From a virus: a stretch of DNA of 64,000 nt. Of the stretch, positions 27,943 through 38,338 are shown one piece after another. Below the pieces are notes generated by a model. The model worked only from the letters and a program-made list of their open reading frames with translations. It did no database searches and was not told the origin of the DNA. The stretch is from IMG/VR virus record IMGVR_UViG_3300031456_000002, positions 14,381-78,380 of that record; one strand, written 5' to 3'. Positions within the stretch are counted from its first letter, which is position 1, and each line of letters begins with the position of its first letter. The position numbers and the translations under genes were made by a program.

Positions 27943-28028
27943 AATCGGTTATGAACGTTGTAGATTATAACTGATTATTAATAATCTCAGAGGAGTAGGC
28001 GGTATCTACAACTGCCGCCTCTCTTTTG
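27943..28028 (+). ncRNA. two-hairpin kissing-loop element; second hairpin is terminator-like
   Basis: Loop 1 GTTGTAGA (27957-27964) is the exact complement of loop 2 TCTACAAC (28005-28012); TATATTTG at 27934-27941. Confidence 0.6.
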
Positions 28029-28073
28029 AATAAAATGAACCATTATAATAATTTTTCTCTTCAAAACATTATT

Positions 28074-28640
28074 ATGGAATTTGAAGGGATTGCTTATGAA
28101 GAGGAATGGAAAGCTATTATAGGATATGAAGGATACTATGAAGTGTCTAATTTTGGGAGAATAAAAAGTTTGGCAAGATCATGGGTCACAGGGGAGCGAT
28201 TTGGTGTTCGTACTAAAGAAGATACAATTGCAAAACCGGGATCAGATGTTGGTGGATATTTGAAATATACGTTTTGTGTAGACAAAATTAAAACATATTG
28301 GTCTGGACATGTTTTAGTGGCGAAATACTTCTGTGATAATCCTGATAATTATTCAATAGTGAACCATTTAAATTCCATTAGAAACGACAACTTTTTTAAG
28401 AATTTAGAATGGACAACATATTCAGGGAATGCAATTCATGGATTTAAGCACGGATTTCGGAAAGGGCAAAAGGGAGAGGATAATCCTCAAACTAAACTGA
28501 CAAAAGAAGTGGTGATGGAAATTAAGAAATTGTGGGAAGAGAAGAGTCTTTCACAAGCAGCGATTGGGATGAGATTTAATATTAGGCAATCCCAGGTTTC
28601 TAGAATAGTAACTGGCGCTAGGTGGGCGCACATTAAGTAA
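28074..28640 (+). CDS. NUMOD4-HNH homing endonuclease
   Basis: EEWKAI.GYEGYYEVSNFGRIKS; H.LVA..F..N; VNHLN..R.DN...NLEW. Confidence 0.92.
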   Translation: MEFEGIAYEEEWKAIIGYEGYYEVSNFGRIKSLARSWVTGERFGVRTKEDTIAKPGSDVGGYLKYTFCVDKIKTYWSGHVLVAKYFCDNPDNYSIVNHLNSIRNDNFFKNLEWTTYSGNAIHGFKHGFRKGQKGEDNPQTKLTKEVVMEIKKLWEEKSLSQAAIGMRFNIRQSQVSRIVTGARWAHIK

Positions 28641-28658
28641 AAAATTAAAATAAAAAAC

Positions 28659-29651
28659 ATGGCAGACACTAACAATGAGTTAGTCCCAGAAAAAAAAGAA
28701 CGAAAGAAACGGGAGCCAAAGGCTGTAATAGTCCCTCCTGTAGTTCAAAAGATTGACGATAGCGATAAATATCCAGTTGAGGCTGCTTATTTGGCTATGA
28801 CTTTTGAATCTACTAAGAAATACATGTTTGAATTGGCAACTCAAAACATGGAACGCGAAATGCCGGTTATTGAAGTTGACGGCCAAAGATCAAGGCCAAT
28901 ACCTACTGAAAAGTTTAAACCATATCAAAACATAGTTCTTACCTCTCAGATTATTTGGAAAGGACAGCGCAGGATATTGAGATACTACGATGGTTGTACT
29001 TCCATTTTCGCAGATGAACAACCAAAGGACAAAGAAGAAATCGATCAGTTCATAAAAGTAACTCAACCAAGAGCTTTTTTGAAAGGTAAATTCGGCGCAT
29101 ATGGAGATGAAAAGATGTTGCTGATGTACCTGAATATTTGTTCTTGGAATGCCAATAGTCCTTTTAGAACGCGTGCAGCCAATGCTATCTTTATCGCGAC
29201 CGATACAATGAAAATCGCATCAACTGAATCAGCGAAATTGGATGAAACAGAACGGGCATTGGAATTGGCTAAAAATGCATCTCATACAAAAATGTTGATT
29301 CATGCTGCATATTTAGGAATTCCAACGGAGGACTATGATTCAGGCAATGGATTAACACCTAAGGAAATCAGAACTAAGTATCGCAGATTTGCGCTTCAAG
29401 ATGCAACTTACTTCATAGATAGCTACGGAAACAAAGCTATTGAAGTTAAGTATTACATCAACCAGGCGCTTTTGAAAGGGTTAATCACAAACAAATTCAA
29501 TCCCAATAAGCTAACATGGCAGAATGGGAAAGAAATATGTGATATATCCGGGTTGAAATCAAATGACGCAATTGGAGAGAAAGCATTCGAGTTTTCGCAA
29601 TTGGAGGATGGTGCCGAATTTGGGATTCAACTAAGGGCGTTATTTAGTTAA
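28659..29651 (+). CDS. conserved head-module protein (function unknown)
   Basis: Follows capsid gene; R.LRY..G..SIFADEQ motif. Confidence 0.7.
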   Translation: MADTNNELVPEKKERKKREPKAVIVPPVVQKIDDSDKYPVEAAYLAMTFESTKKYMFELATQNMEREMPVIEVDGQRSRPIPTEKFKPYQNIVLTSQIIWKGQRRILRYYDGCTSIFADEQPKDKEEIDQFIKVTQPRAFLKGKFGAYGDEKMLLMYLNICSWNANSPFRTRAANAIFIATDTMKIASTESAKLDETERALELAKNASHTKMLIHAAYLGIPTEDYDSGNGLTPKEIRTKYRRFALQDATYFIDSYGNKAIEVKYYINQALLKGLITNKFNPNKLTWQNGKEICDISGLKSNDAIGEKAFEFSQLEDGAEFGIQLRALFS

Positions 29652-29676
29652 GCTCTTTACTATATAATTCTTTAAA

Positions 29677-29705
29677 ATGAAGCCTGTCTTATGGATGGGC
29701 TTCAT
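29677..29705 (+). terminator. intergenic hairpin (terminator or processing site)
   Basis: ATGAAGCCTGTCT-TAT-GGATGGGCTTCAT; weak U-tract. Confidence 0.5.
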
Positions 29706-29716
29706 GACTTTAATAT

Positions 29717-30388
29717 ATGGCACTTACTGTTGATTATTTATACCAGTTTTCGCTGAATCTGATTCGCAAGAACCAGGCGGGTTCGCTTGCTTCTATCGAA
29801 TGGGCTAGGCATTGGAATGATGCATCAAACACATATCAAGATGATTTACTTGGTAGATTCCAACCTAGAAGTATTGGTAAGGCCGGGGCCAATACGGGAT
29901 TGATAGAAAACGAAACCATAGAAACTAAATTATCACCATTTACAAAAAAGGATACAATCAACATTGTTGCTGGGGATGGGCCAAAGCCTTCTGATTTCAT
30001 CTATTTGTTGGCATTAAGAATAGACGGCAAAGAAGTAAGGCATATTAATAAGAATCAGATAGCGACGGTAAATGATAATACAATTGATGCCCCCAGTATT
30101 GCCGATGGAGCTTATTACTATACTCCCTATCTTAATTATTATTCTTTTCTTCCCAATACCGTAACGACGGCAACCATAGACTATATAGCTACCCCAGTAG
30201 ATGTGGTTTGGGGTTTTACCATCGTATCGGGAAGGCAAGTTTATAGTTCCGGAGCGAGCACGCAAAGCCAGTGGGATGATCACAGTAACAGGGAGATTAC
30301 AAAGAGAATGTTAACGAATTTAGGCGTGAGTTTCAAGGATAATGATTTCTCGCAATTTGGTAAAAGCGTTCAATTAACAGGAGACTAA
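29717..30388 (+). CDS. tail ring/adaptor protein
   Basis: Position; IRKNQAG...WN.A; DYIATP..V.WG pattern. Confidence 0.65.
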   Translation: MALTVDYLYQFSLNLIRKNQAGSLASIEWARHWNDASNTYQDDLLGRFQPRSIGKAGANTGLIENETIETKLSPFTKKDTINIVAGDGPKPSDFIYLLALRIDGKEVRHINKNQIATVNDNTIDAPSIADGAYYYTPYLNYYSFLPNTVTTATIDYIATPVDVVWGFTIVSGRQVYSSGASTQSQWDDHSNREITKRMLTNLGVSFKDNDFSQFGKSVQLTGD

Positions 30389-31053
30389 TGGCATCATTAA
30401 TACCATATACTAAAAAACTTTTTGTTCAAAGACTTCGTCAAGACCTAGCAAATGATTTCCCGGATTCTGAATTTGCCATATCTGAGCGTGAAGTATTACT
30501 GCATATTGATCAGGCATTAGCGTTTAATGCAGTTGGTCAGATATATGCAGGGGCCAAGGTTCTGGGAACGCTTGAAGTTCCTGAAGGTTTCCTCACTAGG
30601 TATCTATTGGCAACATTGGTTCAGGATGCAGTTACAAGTGAATGGTACGCTACTCTCCCGCAACCGCCAGTTTCTTTACCCTTGGGTTATAGCATAACCA
30701 GAGCATATTTTGCAAATGCGCAGAATGGGATTAGTCAGGAAATACTACCTATCAAAGCAAAACGTGCAGCCTATAGGAACAATATGCCACGTCCGGCAGG
30801 CGCAGAATACAAAGTGGATGGAAGTACTATTTATATAACGGCTAATGATGGATCGCCGTTATTTAATTTACAAGTTTATGTGGAAATGTTGAATACACGC
30901 ACAAGTAATCTCTCGGAAGTGTTAAATTTGCCAGACGACCACATCGAACAGATTTATAATCTTGCATATCAAAAACTGGTGCAGAGATATAAAATGCCAA
31001 AAGATATAATTCTGGACGATATAGGGGGCGGCAATAATACACAAAAATCATAA
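30388..31053 (+). CDS. tail ring/adaptor protein
   Basis: Position and size; TAATG overlap. Confidence 0.6.
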   Translation: MASLIPYTKKLFVQRLRQDLANDFPDSEFAISEREVLLHIDQALAFNAVGQIYAGAKVLGTLEVPEGFLTRYLLATLVQDAVTSEWYATLPQPPVSLPLGYSITRAYFANAQNGISQEILPIKAKRAAYRNNMPRPAGAEYKVDGSTIYITANDGSPLFNLQVYVEMLNTRTSNLSEVLNLPDDHIEQIYNLAYQKLVQRYKMPKDIILDDIGGGNNTQKS

Positions 31054-31055
31054 TC

Positions 31056-31802
31056 ATGAAAAAATGGACGATATATAAAATAATAAACCCATTAAAGGAG
31101 GTTTACATTGGGCGAACAGGTAATTATAGTAAAAGAAAATCTTCATATAAGAAACTGGCTAATTGCACAATAAATCAAAAATTGCTACATAATTCTTTGA
31201 AAGTATTTGGCTTCGAAAGTCATACATTATCAATAATAGAAGAATTTGTAGGTATAGAGAAGGAGGCTGACTCTAAGGAAATGTTTTGGATTCGGACTTA
31301 TATGTCAAACAGGCATAAATATCCAGAACAAAATGGATTGAATTTAACTAATGGAGGAGGCGGATTGATAGGGTTTATTCCTAGCGAGGAAACAAGAAAT
31401 AGACTATCGGCGGCTTCGACGGGGAGAATGCATACGGAGAAAACAAAACTAAAAATGTCATTAGTCCAAAAAGGAAGAAAGGTATCAGAAGAAACAAGAG
31501 TAAAAATATCAAAGGCTGGCATTGGAAGAATCGCAACGCTAGAAACAAGAAAAAAGTTATCAGAAAAAAAGATAGGAGTAAAGAAAAGTGATAGTACTAA
31601 AGAAAAAATGAAGGCGTATCAGGTCAGTACACATGGCAAGATAGTTAACCAATACGATCTTAATGGGAATTTTATAAGGCAACATGAAACAATATGTACT
31701 GCCGCAAAGGCAGTTGGTGCAACTCAGCCGAATATGACTTCTCATTTAAAGGGAAAGCATAATAAAAGAACTATTAAAGGATTTGTCTTTAAATACGCAT
31801 AA
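31056..31802 (+). CDS. GIY-YIG homing endonuclease with NUMOD3 repeats and NUMOD1
   Basis: TIYKI.N...VYIGRT; E..WI; GLNLT.GG; SEETR repeats; VNQYDLNGNFI. Confidence 0.92.
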   Translation: MKKWTIYKIINPLKEVYIGRTGNYSKRKSSYKKLANCTINQKLLHNSLKVFGFESHTLSIIEEFVGIEKEADSKEMFWIRTYMSNRHKYPEQNGLNLTNGGGGLIGFIPSEETRNRLSAASTGRMHTEKTKLKMSLVQKGRKVSEETRVKISKAGIGRIATLETRKKLSEKKIGVKKSDSTKEKMKAYQVSTHGKIVNQYDLNGNFIRQHETICTAAKAVGATQPNMTSHLKGKHNKRTIKGFVFKYA

Positions 31803-32540
31803 ATGCCTACAGATATTCAACAATACGTGCCTTTAAAAACCGTGGTATCCTTTTGCCTTGATGAAAATGATCAGTCTATTGGTTCGTTCGACAAAGCGTG
31901 GTTGTTAGGATTTAGGGCGCTAGTTGATTTATTGTTTGACATCAGTGCCCATGAAGTGACTGTAAGATTGCCGGTAGGCGGGAATAAAACAGTTCCATTC
32001 CCTGCCGATTATTTGTCATGGGTAAGAATAGCTATACTAAACGAACGTGGGGAAGAAAGTACACTTAGAATAAATAATGCGCTAACTAAATACAAGGATA
32101 ACAATCCTAACCGAATAGAAAAATTAACATCTGACATAACAGATGCATTCCCATTGTCACTAAATGCGCCTTTTTTCTATAACTACAGTTTCAATAATCA
32201 GTATCGGCCATTATTTGGAGTGGGCGGCGGATTAATACAGTACGGCTCATGCACGGTGGATGATGAAAACAATCTTATAGTACTAGAGCCAGGGTTTAAA
32301 TATGATAGCATCATACTGAGTTATATTAGCAGCCCCCAAAAAAATGGCGATTATCAGATACTAACCGCTTGTCAAGAGGCTGTTATCGCTTTCATTAAAT
32401 GGAAGTCGAAGCAGGGTAGCCGGGATGAATATTATGCAGCAAAAATAGAAGCAAGGCGCAGAATGCCAAAGAAAAAAGTGCACTTACAAAGCATAAACGC
32501 AGTGTTAAGAGAATCCGAATCGATGAAATTAAGAAGTTGA
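31803..32540 (+). CDS. tail ring/tubular protein
   Basis: TV.FP.DY..W; ILSYIS; position before the muzzle gene. Confidence 0.65.
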   Translation: MPTDIQQYVPLKTVVSFCLDENDQSIGSFDKAWLLGFRALVDLLFDISAHEVTVRLPVGGNKTVPFPADYLSWVRIAILNERGEESTLRINNALTKYKDNNPNRIEKLTSDITDAFPLSLNAPFFYNYSFNNQYRPLFGVGGGLIQYGSCTVDDENNLIVLEPGFKYDSIILSYISSPQKNGDYQILTACQEAVIAFIKWKSKQGSRDEYYAAKIEARRRMPKKKVHLQSINAVLRESESMKLRS

Positions 32541-32544
32541 GTAT

Positions 32545-32739
32545 ATGGCAATATGTAGTTGTGGTAAAACGTGCGATGAATTATATTCTTACTTTGATAA
32601 AGTGTCAAAGTATAGAATAACATGCTGTGAACAATGTGCAATGGATAATAAGATTGACGATGAAGAAAAATACGAAAAGCATTTGTACAAAAATCTGAAT
32701 CAAGAACAAAGTAAAACACCAGAACCGGATGCCTCCTGA
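32545..32739 (+). CDS. small Cys-rich hypothetical protein
   Basis: CSCG...CCEQC; fills the gap. Confidence 0.55.
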   Translation: MAICSCGKTCDELYSYFDKVSKYRITCCEQCAMDNKIDDEEKYEKHLYKNLNQEQSKTPEPDAS

Positions 32740-35700
32740 AATTAAAATGTTAGCTGGCACATTGAATTTAGATGATCCATTGGAGTCATTGGGTAAGGCA
32801 TTCCATCGAGACGGAAGGAACATCGAGTTTGACGGGACACCTCCCAACAGGAGATGTAAGATAAAGCCTGGTAATATTGCTGTGCCAAATGTCTTATTGC
32901 CAGCTATAGGGGTTAATAAAACGATCAGCGAAAGGTATGATTCCCTAACCAAAAGGATTTATTTTTTCAATTATAATTCTGGCGGCAAGCATGGTATTTA
33001 TTTATATAATACAATTCTAGGTACATTTCAGCGATTAGTCGAAGTAGGGATAAATACAATAGGCGATCCATTAGCATTTACAGCAGAAAGTTATACCAAT
33101 AACGATATTATTAATGCCGATAGTGTACAAGGCGACATCCTTTATTATCTTGATTCGTTAGGAAGGCCATCAAAGATTAATGTAGCCCGCGCATTAGCTG
33201 CCGGCTACGGAAGTATACAGCGTTCATTTTTGGATGTAGCAAAAGAGCCAGCGGATATCCCTCCTTGTGTGATTTATGAACGCGATCCAGCCAATACCGT
33301 AAATAACCAAAGAAAGAAATTATTCAGATACAAAGTTCGGTGGGGATTTGATGATAATGATAAATCAGTAACAAGCTCTCAAAGTGAATTGCCGCTACCT
33401 CTTGATCCATTTGATCAGGCAGTAGATGCTGATCCAACATATAATTGCAGAACGGCTATTGTTTATCAAACTGGCCCATCTAATGTAAAAAAGATAGAAT
33501 TGTTAGCTGCCGTTAGTATGGGTAATGTATTTTCTGATTTCTTTTTAATACAGTCTATTGATAAATCGGTATCAGGCATCCCAGACAATGATGTAGCGAC
33601 ATTTTTATTCTACAATGATCAGGCATACAATTATATTGATGTTCAGGAAAGTATACAATTGTTTGATTATGTTCCATTAGCGGCTAGGGCTCAGACTTTA
33701 TTAAATGGTAATGTGGTATCTTATGCGAACATCACAGAAGGATACCCTAATTTAACCAATTTCACATTTTCATCAAATACCAGCAATTTATCACAAAGTC
33801 AAATACTTTACTATAGCGGCATCTATTTTACTAAGCTAGTGGCGAGTCAAGGAGGCCAAAGCGGATTCGGAAGTGGTAATATCCATATAGTGATAAGAGG
33901 GTATGTTTTTTCATTATCATTCTCATTGGACACGTATGTGGTTTATATGACAGATGGAACCAACATCTCATATACGATAAATACAGGAGATGATGCAGCG
34001 GCTGTAATTGAGGGGTTGCGTGTAGATGCATTATCAAAGGGATATACAATTATAAGTACGAATAACAATGATTTATATGTATTTAAGACAGGTATAAGTC
34101 TGGCTAGGGCTCGAATAATCTCAGATTATACATACAATTCTTTAGGCAACAACGCCTATGCAACAGATGATTGGTCTAGTAAGCATGGATACGGGTTGGT
34201 CTATTTTGATCAGAAAGGTAGAACCAATGGAGTAGTTTATACAAGCGGATTTTCGGTGACGTCAATAGCATTTAATGAAGCCGATCCCTTCCAGCCATAC
34301 ATACCCAAGTATTTGGCTATGATTTATCATCAACCCCCAGATTGGGCATATTATGTTCAGTGGACTCGCACTAAGGATTTATCAAAAAGCAAAATCCAAC
34401 AGTGGATAACAGATAGAACCTTTAAAGATACTTCTGCCGTTTCTGGATTGTTAAAATATGCTTATGTAAGTATTGAGTCATTAAATGCCTTCGTAAAGGC
34501 TAATCCAGGCTCTCCTTTGGGGTATGGATTTTCGCCGGGAGATCGGATAAAATTCATGAAGCGATACAATGCAGACGGTACTACAGCTAATTTATATGGG
34601 AATACAAAAGATTTTGAGGTTGTAGCTTCATTAACAAATCCAACTATTAATGGTGAGATAAAATCAGGTCAGTTCATAAAATTCGTATTGCCAACTACTG
34701 ACGGGTCATTTGATTTCGGAACTACTGGATTTGCTAATTATTTAATTGAATTATACACTCCGGCACAATCTGTAGCAGGAGGATTAGATGTTTATTTTGA
34801 ATTTGGTGAAAGATATGCAATAGGAAATCCTACTGCTTCAAATCGTTTCCACCAAGGAATGATGCAAAATCAAACAGCAGATTATGCAACACCAGCCACG
34901 TATGAATTTTTTAAGGGGGATTATTATATTAAATTAAGGTCCATCCAAACCGGGAATGTTTATTCATTTAATATATTGAATGGGAATATGACAGCCGGCA
35001 GATTTTTATTCGGATTAACATTTGTAGATTCCACTTACGTTGACCCTGGTATTACTGCCCAAAGCGTGGCGATGGCGAATATTAGCGGTAATACTCCCAG
35101 TGGCGGTATTAGTCCGGGAAGCGACACGAGGTGGTTTTTGAAATCAATACCAAATAATACATTCAGGATACGAGGAACTATTAGTATAAATTTCACGACT
35201 GATGTAACCGGTGATGTATGGCGAATATTCATATTGAACCGATTCAATGAACGACAATATTTAGTCAACAACTTTAGTGCAGGAACAGCAGGAGTATATA
35301 CATTTACAATAGATGCTATTACTACATTGGAAGATGATAGGATATTTTTAATCGCGGAGGGAGGCGAGCGACCGCTTAATGTACTATCCAATGAAATAAC
35401 TTTCTCTATTGATCACGTCATTGCGCAAAAAATGATTGATCAGAATTTCTCCGATTATTTTGCAAGTGCGGTTAATTCAAACGGAAGATCATTTATTTAT
35501 GATCAAAACGCCAATCAGGTTACTTATCCTGTAATGTACAGATGGGGATTAGCATATCAGACAAATACCAATATCAATAAAACAAATAGATTTTATCCTA
35601 CAAATTTTGATGAGGCCAATAGAAGACATGGCGCAATAATGAAGATGGCTCAATTAGGCAATGAATTGATATTTTTCATGGAACGAAAGATTGGGCATAC

Positions 35701-36628
35701 AGGTGTTTTCCAAAAATTCATAACCGATAGTGGTGGCAATACGAGTTTAATAACAACTGACTCCATCATAACAAGCAATAATGTTCAATATTATAAGGGA
35801 GAAATAGGTTGCGGAAATCAGCCTACGGGAGTAATTGAAAGCGATTTTGTATTCTATGGCGTAGACCCAGTAAAGAATATAATTTGGAGACTATCGCTAG
35901 ATGGCATTACTGATTTGACGGAATTATATAAAACAAAAACATGGGTATCTGCAAATTTGCCTAAGTATCTCGCCCCCGGAACTTACGCATTTGGTGGCAA
36001 TCAAAAAGTTCTTGGAACGTATCATCTAAGACCCGATAATATAGGAGAATATCTGATATTGGCGCAAGGCACAGCACTTGTTGCAGGAGAAACGCTTGCA
36101 TTCGAAGAGAAATACAATTCATTCACTAGTAAAGTAGATATTGATTGTGATTGTATAGTAAGTGCAGAGAATGTTTTGTATGCCTTTAAAAATGGAGCAC
36201 TGTGGAAGCAAAGCATAGCCAATGCGTATGCGGTATTCTTTAATACTCAATATGCGGCAAGTATTACGTTGGTGTTTAACGATTCAGAGCCGGTTAAGAA
36301 GTTATTTAATGCGCTGGCATATCAATCGAATCAGACTTGGTTCGCAGGTACAAAGGGCGACGTAAAGACAAATACAGTAAACAGCCAAACGTTCTTACAG
36401 CAAGAGAGTTTGATCATGAATCAGGATTTTGATGTGTTGGAGAATCCCAATCGTTTCGCGGCTTTTAATCGAAATCAAAATAGCAGTACAGATCCAATCC
36501 TAAGTTTGTGGGAGGGGGAATACCTTTGCGGGAACTACATAATCGTTAAATTATCAATAACTTACAATGGATTCTCTTATTTATTTTCACCAGCGGTGAC
36601 CTGGAAGCCAGACCCACGAAACTTTTAA
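32729..36628 (+). CDS. tail muzzle/stabilisation (tubular B-like) protein
   Basis: 1299 aa beta-rich; LNLDD...RNI N-terminus; VP..A.AQ...GN...YAN..EGY; typical position. Confidence 0.75.
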   Translation: MPPEIKMLAGTLNLDDPLESLGKAFHRDGRNIEFDGTPPNRRCKIKPGNIAVPNVLLPAIGVNKTISERYDSLTKRIYFFNYNSGGKHGIYLYNTILGTFQRLVEVGINTIGDPLAFTAESYTNNDIINADSVQGDILYYLDSLGRPSKINVARALAAGYGSIQRSFLDVAKEPADIPPCVIYERDPANTVNNQRKKLFRYKVRWGFDDNDKSVTSSQSELPLPLDPFDQAVDADPTYNCRTAIVYQTGPSNVKKIELLAAVSMGNVFSDFFLIQSIDKSVSGIPDNDVATFLFYNDQAYNYIDVQESIQLFDYVPLAARAQTLLNGNVVSYANITEGYPNLTNFTFSSNTSNLSQSQILYYSGIYFTKLVASQGGQSGFGSGNIHIVIRGYVFSLSFSLDTYVVYMTDGTNISYTINTGDDAAAVIEGLRVDALSKGYTIISTNNNDLYVFKTGISLARARIISDYTYNSLGNNAYATDDWSSKHGYGLVYFDQKGRTNGVVYTSGFSVTSIAFNEADPFQPYIPKYLAMIYHQPPDWAYYVQWTRTKDLSKSKIQQWITDRTFKDTSAVSGLLKYAYVSIESLNAFVKANPGSPLGYGFSPGDRIKFMKRYNADGTTANLYGNTKDFEVVASLTNPTINGEIKSGQFIKFVLPTTDGSFDFGTTGFANYLIELYTPAQSVAGGLDVYFEFGERYAIGNPTASNRFHQGMMQNQTADYATPATYEFFKGDYYIKLRSIQTGNVYSFNILNGNMTAGRFLFGLTFVDSTYVDPGITAQSVAMANISGNTPSGGISPGSDTRWFLKSIPNNTFRIRGTISINFTTDVTGDVWRIFILNRFNERQYLVNNFSAGTAGVYTFTIDAITTLEDDRIFLIAEGGERPLNVLSNEITFSIDHVIAQKMIDQNFSDYFASAVNSNGRSFIYDQNANQVTYPVMYRWGLAYQTNTNINKTNRFYPTNFDEANRRHGAIMKMAQLGNELIFFMERKIGHTGVFQKFITDSGGNTSLITTDSIITSNNVQYYKGEIGCGNQPTGVIESDFVFYGVDPVKNIIWRLSLDGITDLTELYKTKTWVSANLPKYLAPGTYAFGGNQKVLGTYHLRPDNIGEYLILAQGTALVAGETLAFEEKYNSFTSKVDIDCDCIVSAENVLYAFKNGALWKQSIANAYAVFFNTQYAASITLVFNDSEPVKKLFNALAYQSNQTWFAGTKGDVKTNTVNSQTFLQQESLIMNQDFDVLENPNRFAAFNRNQNSSTDPILSLWEGEYLCGNYIIVKLSITYNGFSYLFSPAVTWKPDPRNF

Positions 36629-36631
36629 AAA

Positions 36632-37318
36632 ATGAAAAGAAATTATAATTACATCGAATACAACAAAGGACAAATTTTAGGAGAATGTATTTTTATTGAA
36701 GAAATAGAGACGAAAGTTACAGGGAATCGAAAAAGACGATTTGCGGAGTTCTTATGTAATTGTGGGAATATATTTAATGCTGATATTTTAAATGTAAAAG
36801 GTAGACATACTAAAAATTGTGGTTGTGTCAGATTGAATAAATCCATACAAAGACTGACTACGCATGGACGAGCGCATACGCCTGAATATAATGCATGGTT
36901 GGCTATAATCGCAAGATGTTACAATGAAAAAACTAAAGGTTACCATAATTACGGGGGACGTGGCATTGAGGTATGCGAAAGATGGCAATACTCATTTGAG
37001 AGTTTTTATGCCGATATGGGTAAGAGACCTTCGGCCCAGCATAGTATAGATCGTTATCCAGATAAAAATGGGAATTATGAACCAAGTAATTGCAGATGGG
37101 CGACCAAAAGGCAACAGGCAAACAATATAAGAGCTAATTTATTAATAGAATATAATGGAGAAACCAAAACATTAGCTGAATGGTGTTATGATTTGAATAT
37201 CAATTACAAGTTAACGCATTGCAGAATTCATAAATTAAAATGGACTACCTATGAGGCATTTACTATTCCCGTAAGTAGAAATAGCAAGTATATTAGGATT
37301 ATAAGAAAAGCATCATGA
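36632..37318 (+). CDS. HNH homing endonuclease
   Basis: CNCG, NCGC, THG...EY.AW....RC, YGGRGI.VCERW, SIDR.PDKNGNYEPSNCRWAT. Confidence 0.92.
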   Translation: MKRNYNYIEYNKGQILGECIFIEEIETKVTGNRKRRFAEFLCNCGNIFNADILNVKGRHTKNCGCVRLNKSIQRLTTHGRAHTPEYNAWLAIIARCYNEKTKGYHNYGGRGIEVCERWQYSFESFYADMGKRPSAQHSIDRYPDKNGNYEPSNCRWATKRQQANNIRANLLIEYNGETKTLAEWCYDLNINYKLTHCRIHKLKWTTYEAFTIPVSRNSKYIRIIRKAS

Positions 37319-37728
37319 CGTATAATAACATATATGAGTATTTTAAAGAGGATCGGCAGCTATTAAGATATTTTGACCCTTTGAGTACAGCGGTAAATAA
37401 TGAACAAGCGGCATTGGAAATATATCATAAATTAGTAGAATATAGTAAGGATTATAAGTGTAGATTCATTAGGCTGGAACATGGGTATATATTTTATGCA
37501 AAACCAAAATGGTTCTTTCAAAAAAGGATACTCGTTAGTTTCTGTTTGAAGTCGGAATATCGAAAATACCCATATGTTGCGGAATTTTGGGGTTTGATAA
37601 GGTATTATGTGGGAAATCATTTTACATGTTGTCTATTTAATAGGAATAAACGGGGGATGAATTTCTTGGTTAAGGGTGGGATGAAAATCAAAAAGGCAAA
37701 CGAATTAATCACATTATTAAGTATCTAA
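37315..37728 (+). CDS. GNAT-like protein
   Basis: C.L..RN.R.MNFL.K.G tail; position between tail and ejection genes. Confidence 0.5.
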   Translation: MTYNNIYEYFKEDRQLLRYFDPLSTAVNNEQAALEIYHKLVEYSKDYKCRFIRLEHGYIFYAKPKWFFQKRILVSFCLKSEYRKYPYVAEFWGLIRYYVGNHFTCCLFNRNKRGMNFLVKGGMKIKKANELITLLSI

Positions 37729-37729
37729 T

Positions 37730-38338
37730 ATGCCAGTATCAAGTTTGTTAATGTCTTCTTTGGCAAGTAGTGGCGGCGGCGGTGGCCAGGGTGCAGGGAT
37801 TGCAAATATGGCCGGGGGATTGGTTAGTGGGATAACCGGATTTTTCCAAAGAAGGAAAGCTAAAAAAGAATTGGCTAAACTGAAGCGTCCGGAATACGAA
37901 ATCCCACAAGAGATATTACGTACTCAGAAAATGGCCGAACAAGATGCAGCAGAAGGGTTGCCGTCACAGCAATATAACCAGGCGCAGCAAGGAATCCAGC
38001 GACAACAGAATAGGGCGATTTCAATGGCCGCTGATAGGCGTGGTGGATTGATGGCTCTTCCGACAATACAACAAACGGGAACGGATGCTCAATTGAATTT
38101 GGATGTAAAAGATGCTGAGGCGAGAAGGACTAACAAGCAACGACTATACGGCATAATGGGACAGACAGCCGGCTACAGGGATAAAGCATTTGAGGTTAAT
38201 AAAATGCAACCATATCAAGAGGATAAAAATTATTACATGGGCCTATTGGGTGCGGGAGACAAAAATCTAACCGGTGGTGCAGAGAAATTTCTTGGAGGGG
38301 CATTAAGTATGGGCCAACAAAGAGGGGGGTACGCTTAA
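37730..38338 (+). CDS. internal virion/ejection protein (small)
   Basis: Gly/Ala-rich hydrophobic N-terminus followed by Gln-rich helices. Confidence 0.65.
   Translation: MPVSSLLMSSLASSGGGGGQGAGIANMAGGLVSGITGFFQRRKAKKELAKLKRPEYEIPQEILRTQKMAEQDAAEGLPSQQYNQAQQGIQRQQNRAISMAADRRGGLMALPTIQQTGTDAQLNLDVKDAEARRTNKQRLYGIMGQTAGYRDKAFEVNKMQPYQEDKNYYMGLLGAGDKNLTGGAEKFLGGALSMGQQRGGYA

Noticed and set aside
9929-37318. Group I introns or inteins hosting the endonucleases
   Set aside because: Flanking genes look complete with their own starts and stops, and most endonuclease genes leave no room for a ribozyme core
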